Shown here in pieces: positions 38,419 through 49,724 of a stretch of 64,000 nucleotides of DNA. Every line of letters starts with the position of its first letter. Position 1 is the stretch's first letter. Origin of the DNA: Rhodoluna sp. (GTDB lineage Bacteria; Actinomycetota; Actinomycetes; Actinomycetales; Microbacteriaceae); contig JBIIXB010000001.1 in NCBI GenBank assembly GCA_044338605.1, positions 50,205-114,204 on the forward strand. Reading direction: 5' to 3'. The position numbers and the translations under genes are program-made. Below the pieces are notes generated by a model that was not told the DNA's origin, did not search any database, and saw only the letters and a program-made list of their open reading frames with translations.

Positions 38419-39905
38419 GCGTAACGCTAAATTCAAGTGGTCTTTCAATGGACGAGGTAGTCCGGGTTGCAAGACACGGTGAGAAGCTAAAAATATCTCA
38501 GGAAGCCCTGGAGAAGATGGCCGCAACTCGTGCACACATCGAATCTTTAGCTGCAGCCGAAACTCCGGTTTATGGAGTCTCTACCGGCTTTGGTGCCCTT
38601 GCTAACAAGCACATCGCTCCAGAAGACAGAGTCCAGCTACAAAAGTCTTTGATTCGCTCTCATGCGGCAGGCATGGGAGACCCGGTTGAAAAAGAAGTTG
38701 TTCGCGCACTTATGCTGCTTCGAACCAAGACTCTAGCTAGTGGCAGAACTGGAGTAAGACCTGTTGTTGCACAAACTTACGTTGACCTACTGAACTCCGG
38801 AATCACACCTATCGTTCATGAGTATGGCTCGCTTGGTTGCAGCGGAGATCTTGCCCCACTAGCTCACTGTGCAATGGTTTTGATGGGCGAGGGAAGAGCA
38901 ACCGGTAGTGACGGAGTTAAACGAGATGTTCCAACTCTTTTGAAAGAAGCTGGCATCAAGCCAATCCAATTACAGGAAAAAGAAGGCCTCGCACTTATCA
39001 ATGGAACAGACGGCATGCTCGGCATGCTAATTCTTGCTCTTGCAGATTTAGAGAAACTTTGCGATCAAGCAGATGTAATTGCTGCAATGAGTGTAGAAGC
39101 TCAAATGGGGACAGATCAGGTGTTTAGACCAGAACTGCACGAAGCACTGAGGCCTCATCCAGGACAAGCTAAGAGTGCTGCAAACATGTTTGCTGCCCTT
39201 GCCGGTTCTGAAGTTGTTGCATCCCATAAAGAGGGCGATGACAAAGTTCAAGATGCTTATTCGCTGCGCTGTGCCCCGCAAGTCGCAGGAGCGGTAAGAG
39301 ACACCATCACTCACGCAAGTCTTGTTGCAACCCGTGAGCTTGCAGCAACAATTGACAACCCAGTGGTTTTGGAATCTGGTGAAGTTACATCCAACGGAAA
39401 TTTCCACGGGGCACCGGTTGGGTACGTGCTCGATTTCCTCGCTATTGCAGCAACGGATTTGTCATCTATTTCTGAGCGAAGAACCGATCGCATGCTCGAT
39501 AGGTATCGCTCTAGTGGCCTAAGCCCCTTCTTAGCAGGGGATGCTGGAGTTGATTCAGGTTTGATGATTGCTCAGTACACCCAAGCAGCCCTTGTATCTG
39601 AAAACAAGAGGCTCTCAGTTCCAGCAAGCGTTGATTCGATTCCTTCTTCCGCTATGCAGGAAGATCACGTATCAATGGGTTGGCATGCGGGAAGAAAGCT
39701 TAGAAAAGTCGCAGACAATCTTCGTCGGGTTTTAGCTATTGAGCTTGTAACCGCAGCTAGAGCATTAGAAATGCGTGCACCCTTAAAGCCCGCCAAGGTA
39801 ACTGGAGAGATGTTATCCAGGCTCAGAAAAGTAGTTCCAGGTGTTGGACCGGACAGGTTCTTGGCTCCTGAGCTGGAAGCCGCTGAAAGCCTGCTGCGCT
39901 CTTAG
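38415..39905 (+). CDS. hutH: Histidine ammonia-lyase
   Basis: YGVSTGFG, GSLGCSGDLAPL (MIO tripeptide), QDAYSLRC, NGNFHG, QEDHVSMG. Confidence 0.97.
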   Translation: MSVTLNSSGLSMDEVVRVARHGEKLKISQEALEKMAATRAHIESLAAAETPVYGVSTGFGALANKHIAPEDRVQLQKSLIRSHAAGMGDPVEKEVVRALMLLRTKTLASGRTGVRPVVAQTYVDLLNSGITPIVHEYGSLGCSGDLAPLAHCAMVLMGEGRATGSDGVKRDVPTLLKEAGIKPIQLQEKEGLALINGTDGMLGMLILALADLEKLCDQADVIAAMSVEAQMGTDQVFRPELHEALRPHPGQAKSAANMFAALAGSEVVASHKEGDDKVQDAYSLRCAPQVAGAVRDTITHASLVATRELAATIDNPVVLESGEVTSNGNFHGAPVGYVLDFLAIAATDLSSISERRTDRMLDRYRSSGLSPFLAGDAGVDSGLMIAQYTQAALVSENKRLSVPASVDSIPSSAMQEDHVSMGWHAGRKLRKVADNLRRVLAIELVTAARALEMRAPLKPAKVTGEMLSRLRKVVPGVGPDRFLAPELEAAESLLRS

Positions 39906-39947
39906 TTTTCGCTCAAAAGTTAACTCGTCTCATGCCAGAATAGAGGG

Positions 39948-40478
39948 ATGACTACACATACACATGTTGCTTCAATTAAAACCAACCACGGCGAAATCAA
40001 GGTAAACCTTTTCGCCCTTCACGCGCCAAAGACAGTTGCGAACTTCGTAGGTCTCGCAACTGGAACCATCGAATGGGTTCACCCAAGTCGTGGCCCACAG
40101 GCAAAAGGTACCCCGCTATACAACGGCGTAATCTTTCACCGCATCATTCCTGATTTCATGATTCAAGGTGGAGCCCCAACTGGAACCGGAATGGGTGGCC
40201 CTGGCTACCAGTTCGGTGACGAGATTCACCCAGAACTAACTTTCAACGAGCCATACAAGCTTGCTATGGCGAACGCGGGACCTGGCACCAACGGCTCACA
40301 GTTTTTCATCACCACAGCACCAACCACTTGGCTATACGGAAAGCACACCATCTTCGGAGATGTTGTTGACGAAGCTAGCCGCAAGGTTGTGGACAAGATT
40401 CAAGCTGTTGACACCAACGCGTCTGACAAGCCTCTCGATGATGTCGTGATTGAGTCAATCTCAATCGAAACTCTCTAG
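39948..40478 (+). CDS. ppiA: Cyclophilin-type peptidyl-prolyl isomerase
   Basis: FHRIIPDFMIQGG, LAMANAGPGTNGSQFFIT. Confidence 0.95.
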   Translation: MTTHTHVASIKTNHGEIKVNLFALHAPKTVANFVGLATGTIEWVHPSRGPQAKGTPLYNGVIFHRIIPDFMIQGGAPTGTGMGGPGYQFGDEIHPELTFNEPYKLAMANAGPGTNGSQFFITTAPTTWLYGKHTIFGDVVDEASRKVVDKIQAVDTNASDKPLDDVVIESISIETL

Positions 40479-40487
40479 AGCTTTCCC

Positions 40488-41141
40488 TTGGCAAGATTAA
40501 AATCGAGTCAGCCAAAAGTTACCGTTTGGCTGATCTCGATCAATCTGCTGATTTGGTTAGCTCAAGTCATTCCTGGCTCCGGCGTGACGAACACACTGCT
40601 GTATGCACCACTACTAACAACCATCGAGCCTTGGCGAATGCTCACGGCAGGATTTGTCCACTCGCCAGATAGTCCGTGGCACATTTTGATAAACATCTAT
40701 TCGATTTACATCTTCGGGCGAGTTATTGAACCAATGCTTGGCCCAGCTAGATTCCTGGCGCTTTATCTGATTTCCATAATTGGCGGATCAGCGATGGTGT
40801 TGTGGCTTGGAAGCCCTGTTACCCCAGTTGTTGGAGCATCAGGAGCATTCTTTGGTTTGATGGGGGCTTACTTCATCATGCTTAGAACCATCGGTGATAA
40901 CAGCGGGCAGCTGCTTGCGCTGATTGCCGTGAACTTAGCGTTTGGATTTTTCTTCCCGAGCATTTCTTGGCAAGGTCACTTAGGTGGCTTACTTGCCGGA
41001 ATGGCAGTTACTGCCGTTTACGCCAGAACCAGATACAAGTCAGCAATAACTCAAAAGATTCAAGTCTTGGGTGTTCTACTTGTGATTATTGCTCTGATTG
41101 TTGTGGGAGTGATTTTTCGGTTAGGACCGATGTTTTCTTAG
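40488..41141 (+). CDS. Rhomboid intramembrane serine protease
   Basis: PWR, H...HILIN, GASG, HLGG. Confidence 0.92.
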   Translation: MARLKSSQPKVTVWLISINLLIWLAQVIPGSGVTNTLLYAPLLTTIEPWRMLTAGFVHSPDSPWHILINIYSIYIFGRVIEPMLGPARFLALYLISIIGGSAMVLWLGSPVTPVVGASGAFFGLMGAYFIMLRTIGDNSGQLLALIAVNLAFGFFFPSISWQGHLGGLLAGMAVTAVYARTRYKSAITQKIQVLGVLLVIIALIVVGVIFRLGPMFS

Positions 41142-41145
41142 AGAA

Positions 41146-41463
41146 TTATTTCCAGCGAGTCGACATCATGAAGCCGACCATGGCAATTCCAAAACCAATC
41201 AAGATGTTCCAGTTGGAAAGATTCAGCGGTGTTGCAGCTCCTAGTGGGAACTGTGCGCTGGTCACGTAGTAAGTGATGATCCAGAACAAACCAACAATCA
41301 TGAAGCCAAACATCACAGGCTTGAACCAAACCGGGTTTAGAGCATCCTCAGAGTTTCTTGACTTGGCTACCTTTTCGATCTTTGGCTTGCGTTTAGGAAG
41401 CTTTAAGGAACGTTTTTTTGGTAACGACGAGTCGTCTTCAGGGGTCGCTGTCAATTTAGGCAT
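41146..41463 (-). CDS. crgA: Cell division protein CrgA
   Basis: NPVWFKPVMFGFMIVGLFWII...WNILIGFG...STRWK. Confidence 0.93.
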   Translation of the reverse strand: MPKLTATPEDDSSLPKKRSLKLPKRKPKIEKVAKSRNSEDALNPVWFKPVMFGFMIVGLFWIITYYVTSAQFPLGAATPLNLSNWNILIGFGIAMVGFMMSTRWK

Positions 41464-41495
41464 GGTCATAATTCTACAAGTAGGCTTTGATTAAG

Positions 41496-42131
41496 ATGAC
41501 CAAGATTCTCGTGCTGGATAACTATGACAGCTTCGTATACACGCTCAGTGGCTATTTACAGCAGCTTGGCGCCACAACCGACGTTGTGAGAAACGATGCC
41601 GTTAGCGCAAAAGAGCTTCCAGAGCTAATGAAAAAGTACGACGGAGTGCTAATTAGCCCAGGACCTGGGACCCCTAAAGATGCTGGCCTCAGCATCGATG
41701 TTGTACAAATTGCCTTGGAAACGAACCAGTCGGTCTTTGGAGTTTGCCTCGGTCACCAAGCCATCGCAGAGGCCATGGGAGCAACCGTTACCAGCGCTGA
41801 AGAACTGATGCACGGTAAGACAAGCGAAGTTGAACACGATAACAGCCTGGTATTCAAAGACGTCCCAAAATCCTTTAGGGCAACTAGATATCACTCCTTA
41901 GCCGTTGTCGATAACACGGTGCCTAAAGATCTAGTTGTAACTAGCCGCACCAAAGGTGGCGTAATCATGGGTCTGCAGCATGTATCAAAACCCATTTACG
42001 GAGTTCAGTTCCACCCAGAGAGCGTGCTCACTGAAGGTGGTTACCAAATGCTCGGAAATTGGCTTGAATCAATTGGACTCAAAGGTGCCGCGGCCAAAGC
42101 CAAACATCTATCGCCGATGATTAAGTTCTAG
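41496..42131 (+). CDS. pabA: Aminodeoxychorismate/anthranilate synthase component II
   Basis: DNYDSF, SPGPG, GVCLGHQ, RYHSL, QFHPES; conserved position next to pknB. Confidence 0.88.
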   Translation: MTKILVLDNYDSFVYTLSGYLQQLGATTDVVRNDAVSAKELPELMKKYDGVLISPGPGTPKDAGLSIDVVQIALETNQSVFGVCLGHQAIAEAMGATVTSAEELMHGKTSEVEHDNSLVFKDVPKSFRATRYHSLAVVDNTVPKDLVVTSRTKGGVIMGLQHVSKPIYGVQFHPESVLTEGGYQMLGNWLESIGLKGAAAKAKHLSPMIKF

Positions 42132-42205
42132 GGACTTTGTTGTTGATCTAGCTTGGAGGCAACTGGCCGCTCACTCTAGCCTTGTGTGGAACCCTTGGGT
42201 GTTAC

Positions 42206-44206
42206 CTAAGGAGTTTCGGCATCCCAGACTGCAGTAGCCGTAACGTTCGATGAAAGCGTGTAGCTGGAACCAGCTGTATAGACAGTGCTACCAATTGTCC
42301 AACCACCAAAAGTAAACCCAGTCTTTGCGAGAGTGCCTGCATTCGGAAGAGTCTTCGCGCCGGTTCCGGTTATGCTACTGGGAGCCGATCCGCTATCTGC
42401 ACCATTTGCATCAAAAGATATTGTGTAACTCGCTGCGCCCGCAATACAGTTCAAAGTCAGGGTAACGGTTTGCTTCTGCGCAGCAAGGCCAGCTGGAATT
42501 GATTGAGAAGCAATGACAGTTCCTGCTGTGCCACCTCCAGAAGTACATGTTGCTAACGGCTGAACTATCGCAGTGAATCCAACGTCAGTTCCCTCCATCG
42601 CGCGCCTTGCATCGGTTGCCCCCATTCCAACCACGGATGGAACCAGTACTTGACCGTCGGAGACAAGAAGCTTTACAGCGGACCCATCAGCAACTTGCTC
42701 ATTTGCGGCCGGGACAGATTCAATGACTTCACCCTTGGCTATAGTTGCGGAGTTTACTGATGTGATTCCGCCCAGAGTCAGACCAGCTTTTTCTAATGCT
42801 TGCTTGGCTTCTGCTTCCGTTAGCCCAGACAAAAGCGGAACTGCCGACTCGGATTTGCCAGAAGATACGAAGACATCGATGGTGGTTCCGGCTGGAACTT
42901 TTCTACCGCTGGGTGGATCAGTTCTAATGATTAGGCCTTCTTTTACAGACTCGTTTACTTCAGCCACTCTTTGAACCAAAAGACCCTGGTCTTTCAAAGT
43001 CTGACTTCCATCAGCAAAAAGCTCACCAGTTACATCAGATACTTCAACACCGGTTGCACTGTTTGAATCGATTGGAGAAAAAGCTCCACCTAGGGCAACC
43101 AACCAAATAATCAAACCAACAAGCGTTACGGCAACACCAGATCCAACACCCCACAGCAATTTAGGGGAGGGTAGCTCTTTGGCAACTCGTTCACGAACAG
43201 TTATTGTCGTGGTCGGCTCACCAGCGGCGTATTCGATTCCTACTTCTTTGAAGAAATCGTCAGCGCTTACAGAGTCAATAACCTCTGTTGGCATCGCCTG
43301 CTGCTCTGAAACAACGGTTGTCTTTGGAGTGAATCCTGTTTTGGGAAGAGATTCCCCACGAACGGCTGCTAACAGGTGCTCACGGAATTCTTCGGCAGTT
43401 TGAAAACGCTCCTCACGGTCTTTAGCCAAGGCGTTTAGAACAACCCGGTCTAGTTCAGGCGTGATTTCTGGATTGTGCTCAGAAGGAGTCGGAACTTTTT
43501 CACTCACGTGTTGGTAAGCAACCGATACTGCAGTGTCGCCTTTGAATGGAGGTCTTCCCGCCAACATCTCGTATAGCAAAACACCCATTGAATAAAGGTC
43601 GGTTCGAGAGTCTACAACTTCTCCACGAGCTTGCTCGGGAGAGAAGTACTGGGCTGTTCCAACAATTCCGGCGGTGTGTGCCTGAGTTTCTGAGGAATCG
43701 GCGATTGCCCTGGCTATGCCAAAGTCCATTACTTTTACCTGGCCATCGTTGGTGATCATGATGTTTGAAGCTTTAATGTCTCTGTGGATGATTCCGGCCT
43801 TGTGAGAAACCTCGAGAGCGCTAAGAACTCCCTTGGCGAAGTCAACAGCTTCTTTGAGGCTTAACTTCTTGTCGTGCATGATGTCGCGAAGTAAGCGACC
43901 GTTTACGTACTCCATGATTATGAACGGGGTTTTTATTTGGCTTCCGTTTGAATCGGTTGAAGTCTCCTCGCCGGCATCGTAAATGCGAACGATAGTTGGG
44001 TGTGCCATCTTTGCCGAAGCCTGGGCCTCTTTAGCAAAGCGAGACTCGAAAGATTCGTCATTAGCTAGATCAGACTTTAGGAGCTTGATAGCCACCTTGC
44101 GTCCGAGGCGAAGGTCGACACCTTCAAAAACATCAGCCATACCTCCGCGCCCAATTAGCTCGCCAACTCTATAGCGGCCAGCTAAGACGCGTTCTTGCTC
44201 AGACAA
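42206..44206 (-). CDS. pknB: PASTA-domain Ser/Thr kinase PknB with extra C-terminal InlB-B-repeat-like domain
   Basis: IGRGGMA, HRDIK, DFGIAR, GTAQYFSPEQ; TM; about 3 PASTA repeats; C-terminal YTISFDANG...GFTFGGW...TAVW. Confidence 0.93.
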   Translation of the reverse strand: MSEQERVLAGRYRVGELIGRGGMADVFEGVDLRLGRKVAIKLLKSDLANDESFESRFAKEAQASAKMAHPTIVRIYDAGEETSTDSNGSQIKTPFIIMEYVNGRLLRDIMHDKKLSLKEAVDFAKGVLSALEVSHKAGIIHRDIKASNIMITNDGQVKVMDFGIARAIADSSETQAHTAGIVGTAQYFSPEQARGEVVDSRTDLYSMGVLLYEMLAGRPPFKGDTAVSVAYQHVSEKVPTPSEHNPEITPELDRVVLNALAKDREERFQTAEEFREHLLAAVRGESLPKTGFTPKTTVVSEQQAMPTEVIDSVSADDFFKEVGIEYAAGEPTTTITVRERVAKELPSPKLLWGVGSGVAVTLVGLIIWLVALGGAFSPIDSNSATGVEVSDVTGELFADGSQTLKDQGLLVQRVAEVNESVKEGLIIRTDPPSGRKVPAGTTIDVFVSSGKSESAVPLLSGLTEAEAKQALEKAGLTLGGITSVNSATIAKGEVIESVPAANEQVADGSAVKLLVSDGQVLVPSVVGMGATDARRAMEGTDVGFTAIVQPLATCTSGGGTAGTVIASQSIPAGLAAQKQTVTLTLNCIAGAASYTISFDANGADSGSAPSSITGTGAKTLPNAGTLAKTGFTFGGWTIGSTVYTAGSSYTLSSNVTATAVWDAETP

Positions 44207-44254
44207 TTGTTTCTCCCCGACTCTTCTTCTTCAATAATACCAAGCGCAATCTCA

Positions 44255-45652
44255 CTAGCCGCCTCCACTGGAATCGGGACTTGGGCTCTGCGTACCTGTG
44301 GGGCTAGGACTTGGAGATACTGTCGGTGACGGGCTAGGACTAGGTGCAGCTTCTCCTTGAATGTAGTAGAAAATTCTCACGGTCGAACCAACTGCTACCT
44401 GACCAAGCCCCTCGGCTTGGTAAACATCCAATATTCTTGGATCACTTGGATCCAATGCCTCACCTGCCACAGCCTCTACCAAAAGACCCTGTTGGGTCAA
44501 AAAGGTCGTTGCATCTATGACTTTCTTCCCAACAACATCAGCCAGAAAAACACTCACGGTGGAAATCGGCCTGTCGGGATCAGGCGCGGTGGGTCGCTTG
44601 GAAACCGAAATAGAAGAAGGGCTTGGCGAAGGGTTCTGCTCTGAAACCAAGCTCACAATAATTGCAATCATCACACCACCAGCGGCTACCACCAAAACTC
44701 CAATGAGCGCCAGCCAAGGCCAAACAACTGGCAACTTTGCTACTGGCTCGGTGTCTGGTGCGGTAGCAGTGTCATTCACTCTTGTCACTGGAGCACTTTG
44801 CGGATCAAAGACTTCGGTGGCCGAGACGCCTTCAAGCTGCAACCTCAGTGCTCTTGCTCTATTTGATAAATCAAGAGCACTACCAGGGCGTTGATTTGGT
44901 TTTTTGGCTAGACAAGACAAAATCAGCTCTTGCACCCTTTTGTCTATGTCGTCACCTATAGCCGGTGGCTTGTCATTGATCTGGGCCATCGCAATAACCA
45001 TCTGAGATTCCCCAGTGAAAGGTCTTCTTCCAGTTAGCGCTTCATAGGCAACAATTCCAAGTGAGTAAATGTCAGTGGATGGCGTGGCAGGCTTTCCCGT
45101 GGCCTGCTCAGGGGATAGGTATTGAACTGTGCCCATGACTTGACCAGTTGCGGTTAGAGCAACTTGATCGGCAACTCTGGCAATACCAAAGTCGGTGATC
45201 TTTACTTTTCCAGATGGGGTAATAAGTAAGTTTCCTGGCTTGATGTCTCGGTGAACAAGTCCGTCTTCATGGGCTGCGTGCAGCGCCTTAGCGGTTTGCT
45301 CAACAATGCTTAGAACTTCAATTTCAGTAAGGCGAATGCGCTTTTCAATTATTCGCGCAAGTGAGTCCCCAGCAACAATTTCCATAACCAGATAAGCCGA
45401 ACCGGAGCCTTCTCCGTAGTCGTAAACATCGGCGATTCCAACGTGGTCCACTCGAGCGGCATGACGAGCTTCAACGCGGAATCTTTCTAAAAAGCCTGGA
45501 TCACCCATGAACTCAGGCTTCAGAATCTTTATCGCGACATCGCGCAGGATTACTTCGTCGTGCGCTCGCCAAACCTCACCCATGCCTCCAATGGCTATGC
45601 GATCAACTAGACGGTATCTATTTCCATAAATCTGCCCGGCTTCTGGTTTCAT
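44255..45652 (-). CDS. pknA: Ser/Thr kinase PknA
   Basis: [23 protein letters not shown]; TM; synteny. Confidence 0.9.
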   Translation of the reverse strand: MKPEAGQIYGNRYRLVDRIAIGGMGEVWRAHDEVILRDVAIKILKPEFMGDPGFLERFRVEARHAARVDHVGIADVYDYGEGSGSAYLVMEIVAGDSLARIIEKRIRLTEIEVLSIVEQTAKALHAAHEDGLVHRDIKPGNLLITPSGKVKITDFGIARVADQVALTATGQVMGTVQYLSPEQATGKPATPSTDIYSLGIVAYEALTGRRPFTGESQMVIAMAQINDKPPAIGDDIDKRVQELILSCLAKKPNQRPGSALDLSNRARALRLQLEGVSATEVFDPQSAPVTRVNDTATAPDTEPVAKLPVVWPWLALIGVLVVAAGGVMIAIIVSLVSEQNPSPSPSSISVSKRPTAPDPDRPISTVSVFLADVVGKKVIDATTFLTQQGLLVEAVAGEALDPSDPRILDVYQAEGLGQVAVGSTVRIFYYIQGEAAPSPSPSPTVSPSPSPTGTQSPSPDSSGGG

Positions 45653-47103
45653 TTACCAAGCACCACCCGGAAAAACTCTCTAGCAACTGGTGCAGCGGTT
45701 GCATTCCCGCCGTAGCCGCTGTCTCTTCCGCCACCGTCTTCAATCACCACGGCAATTACAAATCTTGGGTTAGTTGCTGGAGCAAAACCGGTGAACCAAA
45801 GAGTTGGCCGAACACCCTCGCCGTTTTCGGCAGTTCCTGTCTTACCCGCAACTTCTATGTCGGCTATCTCCGCGTTAGAAGCAACACCGTTTGCTACGGA
45901 ATCGATCATCATCAACTTGATACTCTCTGCATTTGCAGCAGTGATTGGTTGTGAGAACACCTGGGGTTGAGGCGCATCGATAACAGAGAGGTTTGGGCTA
46001 ATGACGCTTTCGATGAGGTTTGGCTTCATTAGAACTCCACCATTAGCAATTGCTGATGAGATCATGGCCATTTGAAGCGGTGTTACTCGCACGTCATACT
46101 GACCAAAAGAACTCAAAGCGAGCTGTGCATCGTCTAGTTCTGGAGGAAAGTAACTTGGGGTCACCATCATCGGAATTCTAAGTTCCTTGCCAAAGCCAAA
46201 AAGTTCTGCCTGAGCGCGCAATCGATCTTGACCCAGATCCAACCCAATCTCAACAAAGGGGATGTTGCAACTTAGAGACAATGCTTGAAGCAAGGTAACT
46301 GTCGCGCCACCACTGCCGCAAGCTCGTTGGGTTGAGTTAAACACTTCAGAAGTTGACCCAGGAAGCTGAATCGAAACCGGGTTCTCCAAAGTCGACTCAT
46401 TGGTATACAAACCAGATTCCAGTGCTGCAGCAGCCACCACTAGCTTGAAAACCGATCCTGGGTGATACAAGTCTCCGCTAATTGCTTTATTGATTAGTGG
46501 ATTAGTTGGGTCAGCTTCTAACCTTGCGTAGTTATCAGCAACGACTTGGTTGTCGTGGCCAGCTAGCTCGTTGGCGTCAAAACCGGATTTAGAAACCATC
46601 GCAAGGATGTTTCCGGTCGCTGGGTCAAGAACCACTACCGAACCCTGCAGATCCCCAAGAGCATCCCAGGCGGCTTGCTGCATGACAGGATCAATAGTTA
46701 ACTCAACTGCTGCACCCGAAACTGGGTTACCCGAAAGCACGGCGTTGAACTTCTCAAAAAACTGCGAGGAGCTTTGTCCGGAAAGATAAGAATTAAGTGC
46801 TGCCTCAACACCTGTTGCTCCTCTAAACACAGAGAAATAGCCAGTAACCGAGGAATACATCTGATCTTCATAAACCCGCAGATACTTGTAGGCATCGTCT
46901 GATTCAATCGAGCTTGCTATTGGCTTGCCATCAACCAAGATTGGCCCACGAAGGGTTTTGTAGCCCTCATACAAACTTCTTACGTTTCTCGGGTCCTCAG
47001 CCAAAGCTTCACTGTCCACCGCTTGAACCAAAGAAGCCGAGATAAAAAGCGCTATAAACATGGTCGCCACAACTAGCGAAACTCGTTTGAGTTCTCTAAT
47101 CAT
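45649..47103 (-). CDS. pbpA: Class B penicillin-binding protein
   Basis: PGSVFK (SxxK), SCN, KTGT. Confidence 0.93.
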   Translation of the reverse strand: MIRELKRVSLVVATMFIALFISASLVQAVDSEALAEDPRNVRSLYEGYKTLRGPILVDGKPIASSIESDDAYKYLRVYEDQMYSSVTGYFSVFRGATGVEAALNSYLSGQSSSQFFEKFNAVLSGNPVSGAAVELTIDPVMQQAAWDALGDLQGSVVVLDPATGNILAMVSKSGFDANELAGHDNQVVADNYARLEADPTNPLINKAISGDLYHPGSVFKLVVAAAALESGLYTNESTLENPVSIQLPGSTSEVFNSTQRACGSGGATVTLLQALSLSCNIPFVEIGLDLGQDRLRAQAELFGFGKELRIPMMVTPSYFPPELDDAQLALSSFGQYDVRVTPLQMAMISSAIANGGVLMKPNLIESVISPNLSVIDAPQPQVFSQPITAANAESIKLMMIDSVANGVASNAEIADIEVAGKTGTAENGEGVRPTLWFTGFAPATNPRFVIAVVIEDGGGRDSGYGGNATAAPVAREFFRVVLGK

Positions 47104-48476
47104 CGGATCACCAACTTAGAAGCGTGATCGGTTGTCGAGTCTGAGAGCCTAAGTAACATCGCAATAATCACCCAGTTGGCAAACAGGGACGAACCACCAG
47201 CGGCAAGCAAAGGGGTTGTTAGTCCGGTTAGAGGCAAGAGTCTTGTTACCCCTCCAATCACCACAAATACCTGGAGGGCAATAACAAAGGCAAACCCAAC
47301 AGCCAAAAGCTTGGCAAATTCATCGCTGTGGCTGAAGCCAATCTTTAGGCCCCTGGCAACCAACAAAAAGTACAGCGCGAGAATTGCAAAGAATCCAATT
47401 AGCCCCAACTCCTCCGCGAGGCTGGCAATAATGAAATCGCTTTCGGCTAGTGGAACAAGTTGCGGGACCCCACCACCTAATCCTGAGCCGAAAACGCTTC
47501 CATTAGACATTCCAAAAATTCCCTGAACGATTTGGTAACTACCGCCCGCGGCGTCATAGTTTTCTGCCGCAAACGGGTTCAACCAAGTGTCGAATCGTCT
47601 GGAGACATAGTCCAAAACCCTGGAAGCAACCAAGCCACCGGTGACCAACATAGCCACGCCAATACCGGCATAGAAGGCTCTTCCAGTAGCGACATAGATC
47701 ATCACCAGAAATAAGCCAAAGTACAAAATGCTAGTTCCAAGGTCGCGCTGCAAAACAAGAACCAAAATACTGGCGAGCCAAATCAAAAGAATTGGGCCAA
47801 GGTCACGACCGCGAGGGATTCTAATTCCAGCAATCTTTCTACCTACCACCGCTAGCGAATCCTTGTGGTTCACGAGGTAACCAGCAAAGAAAACAATTAG
47901 TGCAACCTTTGCAAGTTCACCTGGTTGGAAGGTAATGCCAAAAAGTGAGATCCATAGCGTCGCACCGTTGATTGTGGTTCCAATCACCGGAAGCATGGGA
48001 AGCAACAACAGCAAGATTCCAGCAAACATAGCTGTGTATACGTAGCGTCTCAAGAAAAGCTGCGATGGAATCAAGTAGATAACCGCTGCCGCTACACCCA
48101 TAGCAAGCGCAGTCCAGAGCACTTGCCTAAAAGCAAACAGCTCGGTTCCCCCAGAGGCGATGGTTGCAAGATCTAGCCGGTAGATCATTGAAATACCTAA
48201 TCCGTTTAGAACAAAAGCAATAGGCAGAATAAGCGGATCTGCCTCAGAGGCTTTTTTGCGCAAGATAAAGTGCACTACCAACACAAAAATCACAGGCGGT
48301 AGCCAATAGGTGAATAAGTCAACTGTCATTTTCTCAAGAATTGACAGCTGCACTTGGGCTAGTTCAAAAGCATTTAGACCGGCTGCAAAAAACAACAGCA
48401 GCGCTTCGAGGTTTCTGCTTCTTGGAACAATCTTGACTAACTTTGAAATTTGCAGTGCGCCAGTAAAAGTGCTCAA
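47100..48476 (-). CDS. rodA: SEDS protein RodA
   Basis: FQPGELAK, RDLG, SDFI, PLTGLTTPLLAAGGSS. Confidence 0.93.
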   Translation of the reverse strand: MSTFTGALQISKLVKIVPRSRNLEALLLFFAAGLNAFELAQVQLSILEKMTVDLFTYWLPPVIFVLVVHFILRKKASEADPLILPIAFVLNGLGISMIYRLDLATIASGGTELFAFRQVLWTALAMGVAAAVIYLIPSQLFLRRYVYTAMFAGILLLLLPMLPVIGTTINGATLWISLFGITFQPGELAKVALIVFFAGYLVNHKDSLAVVGRKIAGIRIPRGRDLGPILLIWLASILVLVLQRDLGTSILYFGLFLVMIYVATGRAFYAGIGVAMLVTGGLVASRVLDYVSRRFDTWLNPFAAENYDAAGGSYQIVQGIFGMSNGSVFGSGLGGGVPQLVPLAESDFIIASLAEELGLIGFFAILALYFLLVARGLKIGFSHSDEFAKLLAVGFAFVIALQVFVVIGGVTRLLPLTGLTTPLLAAGGSSLFANWVIIAMLLRLSDSTTDHASKLVIR

Positions 48477-49721
48477 CTACTCACCTCCCAGCTGAGAAAC
48501 GATTCTTTGGGCCTCTTCCGGAGACTCCGCAGTTATGGAGCGCTCAAGGGCTTCGCGCTGGAAGTCGGTAAGTGAATCAACTGAAACATCAGTTACTTCA
48601 TAGACACTTGAGAACTTAAAGGGACCGAGTTCCTCTTTGATGCCCTTGAAAATAACCACGTAGCCATCATTGATTGCAACGAAGTAACGGGTTTGTGTGT
48701 ATTCAATGGCCAAGAACAATCCGTAGCTAGCTACTGCAATCAGAAGCAAGTAGGTAGCAATCTGCCTAAACCTTCGTGCTCGAACGCGCCCCTTGGTGTC
48801 TTTCAAGATCTTTTCTAACAACTCCTCAGACTCTGGCGCAAAGCTAACTGGGTCTTCTGGTTTTTGAAGGAGCTCAAGAAGCGTTAGTGGGTTTAGTAGT
48901 CGCAGTACCTGCAGCCCCTTGCGTTGTTCGATCACTACTTCGTTGGCTGCAGAGCCAACCAAAATCCTGCCGGGTGAAAATTCGATTTCATCTTGGGCGT
49001 CAACAACGTCTACTAGTACGACGGTGACGTTGTCTGGAGCACCGAACTCAAGAGCTTCGCCGACAAGCAATTCACAGGCTTCTTGGATGTCGACATTGCT
49101 TAGAAGGATGTTTTTCATCAGCTGATCTGGAACCACGCCCGAGAGTCCATCACTGCAGGCCATCCAGCGATCACCAGGTTTGGTTTCGTAGGTGTCAATG
49201 TCAACTTCTGGGAATTGTTCAATATCTCCCAGTACTCGCATCAATACACTTCGGCGCGGATGCACCAACGCTTCTTCCTCGCTGATTCGACCGGTGTCAA
49301 CCAGCCTTTGGACGAAGGTGTGGTCGGTGGTGATCTGCTTCACAACACCATCGCGGGCAAGGTAGATTCGAGAGTCACCGATGTGAGCGATTGTGACTTT
49401 GGTACCGGTTACCATCATCGCCGAAAGAGTTGTGCCCATTCCGGTGATTGCTGGATGCTGTTTCACACTGGCATCAATTTTTTGCTTGGCTTGGTAAATG
49501 AAGTCAATTAGTTTCTGCTCAGCTTCAGCGCTGGTTGCTAGAGGCTCGTCGGCAAGTGAAATGTGTTGCGATGCGATTGCGGACGCGATATCTCCCCCGG
49601 CGTGACCACCCATACCGTCGGCAACAAAAAATAGATTTACTCCGGCATATCCAGAGTCTTGATTCGAGGACCTAACTCGACCAATATCGCTGGCCGCAAA
49701 TGAAACTGTTTTTATCGCCAA
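48477..49721 (-). CDS. pstP: PP2C Ser/Thr phosphatase
   Basis: RSSNQD, VADGMGGH, HIGDSR, CSDGL, DNVT. Confidence 0.93.
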   Translation of the reverse strand: MAIKTVSFAASDIGRVRSSNQDSGYAGVNLFFVADGMGGHAGGDIASAIASQHISLADEPLATSAEAEQKLIDFIYQAKQKIDASVKQHPAITGMGTTLSAMMVTGTKVTIAHIGDSRIYLARDGVVKQITTDHTFVQRLVDTGRISEEEALVHPRRSVLMRVLGDIEQFPEVDIDTYETKPGDRWMACSDGLSGVVPDQLMKNILLSNVDIQEACELLVGEALEFGAPDNVTVVLVDVVDAQDEIEFSPGRILVGSAANEVVIEQRKGLQVLRLLNPLTLLELLQKPEDPVSFAPESEELLEKILKDTKGRVRARRFRQIATYLLLIAVASYGLFLAIEYTQTRYFVAINDGYVVIFKGIKEELGPFKFSSVYEVTDVSVDSLTDFQREALERSITAESPEEAQRIVSQLGGE

Positions 49722-49724
49722 GAG

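Noticed and set aside
40160-40185. PpiA QGGAP instead of QGGDP
   Set aside because: Single-base difference that could be natural variation or sequencing error; other active-site motifs intact
44258-44350. Repeated GGGCTAGGACT / PSPSPS tail in pknA
   Set aside because: Ordinary Pro/Ser low-complexity tail
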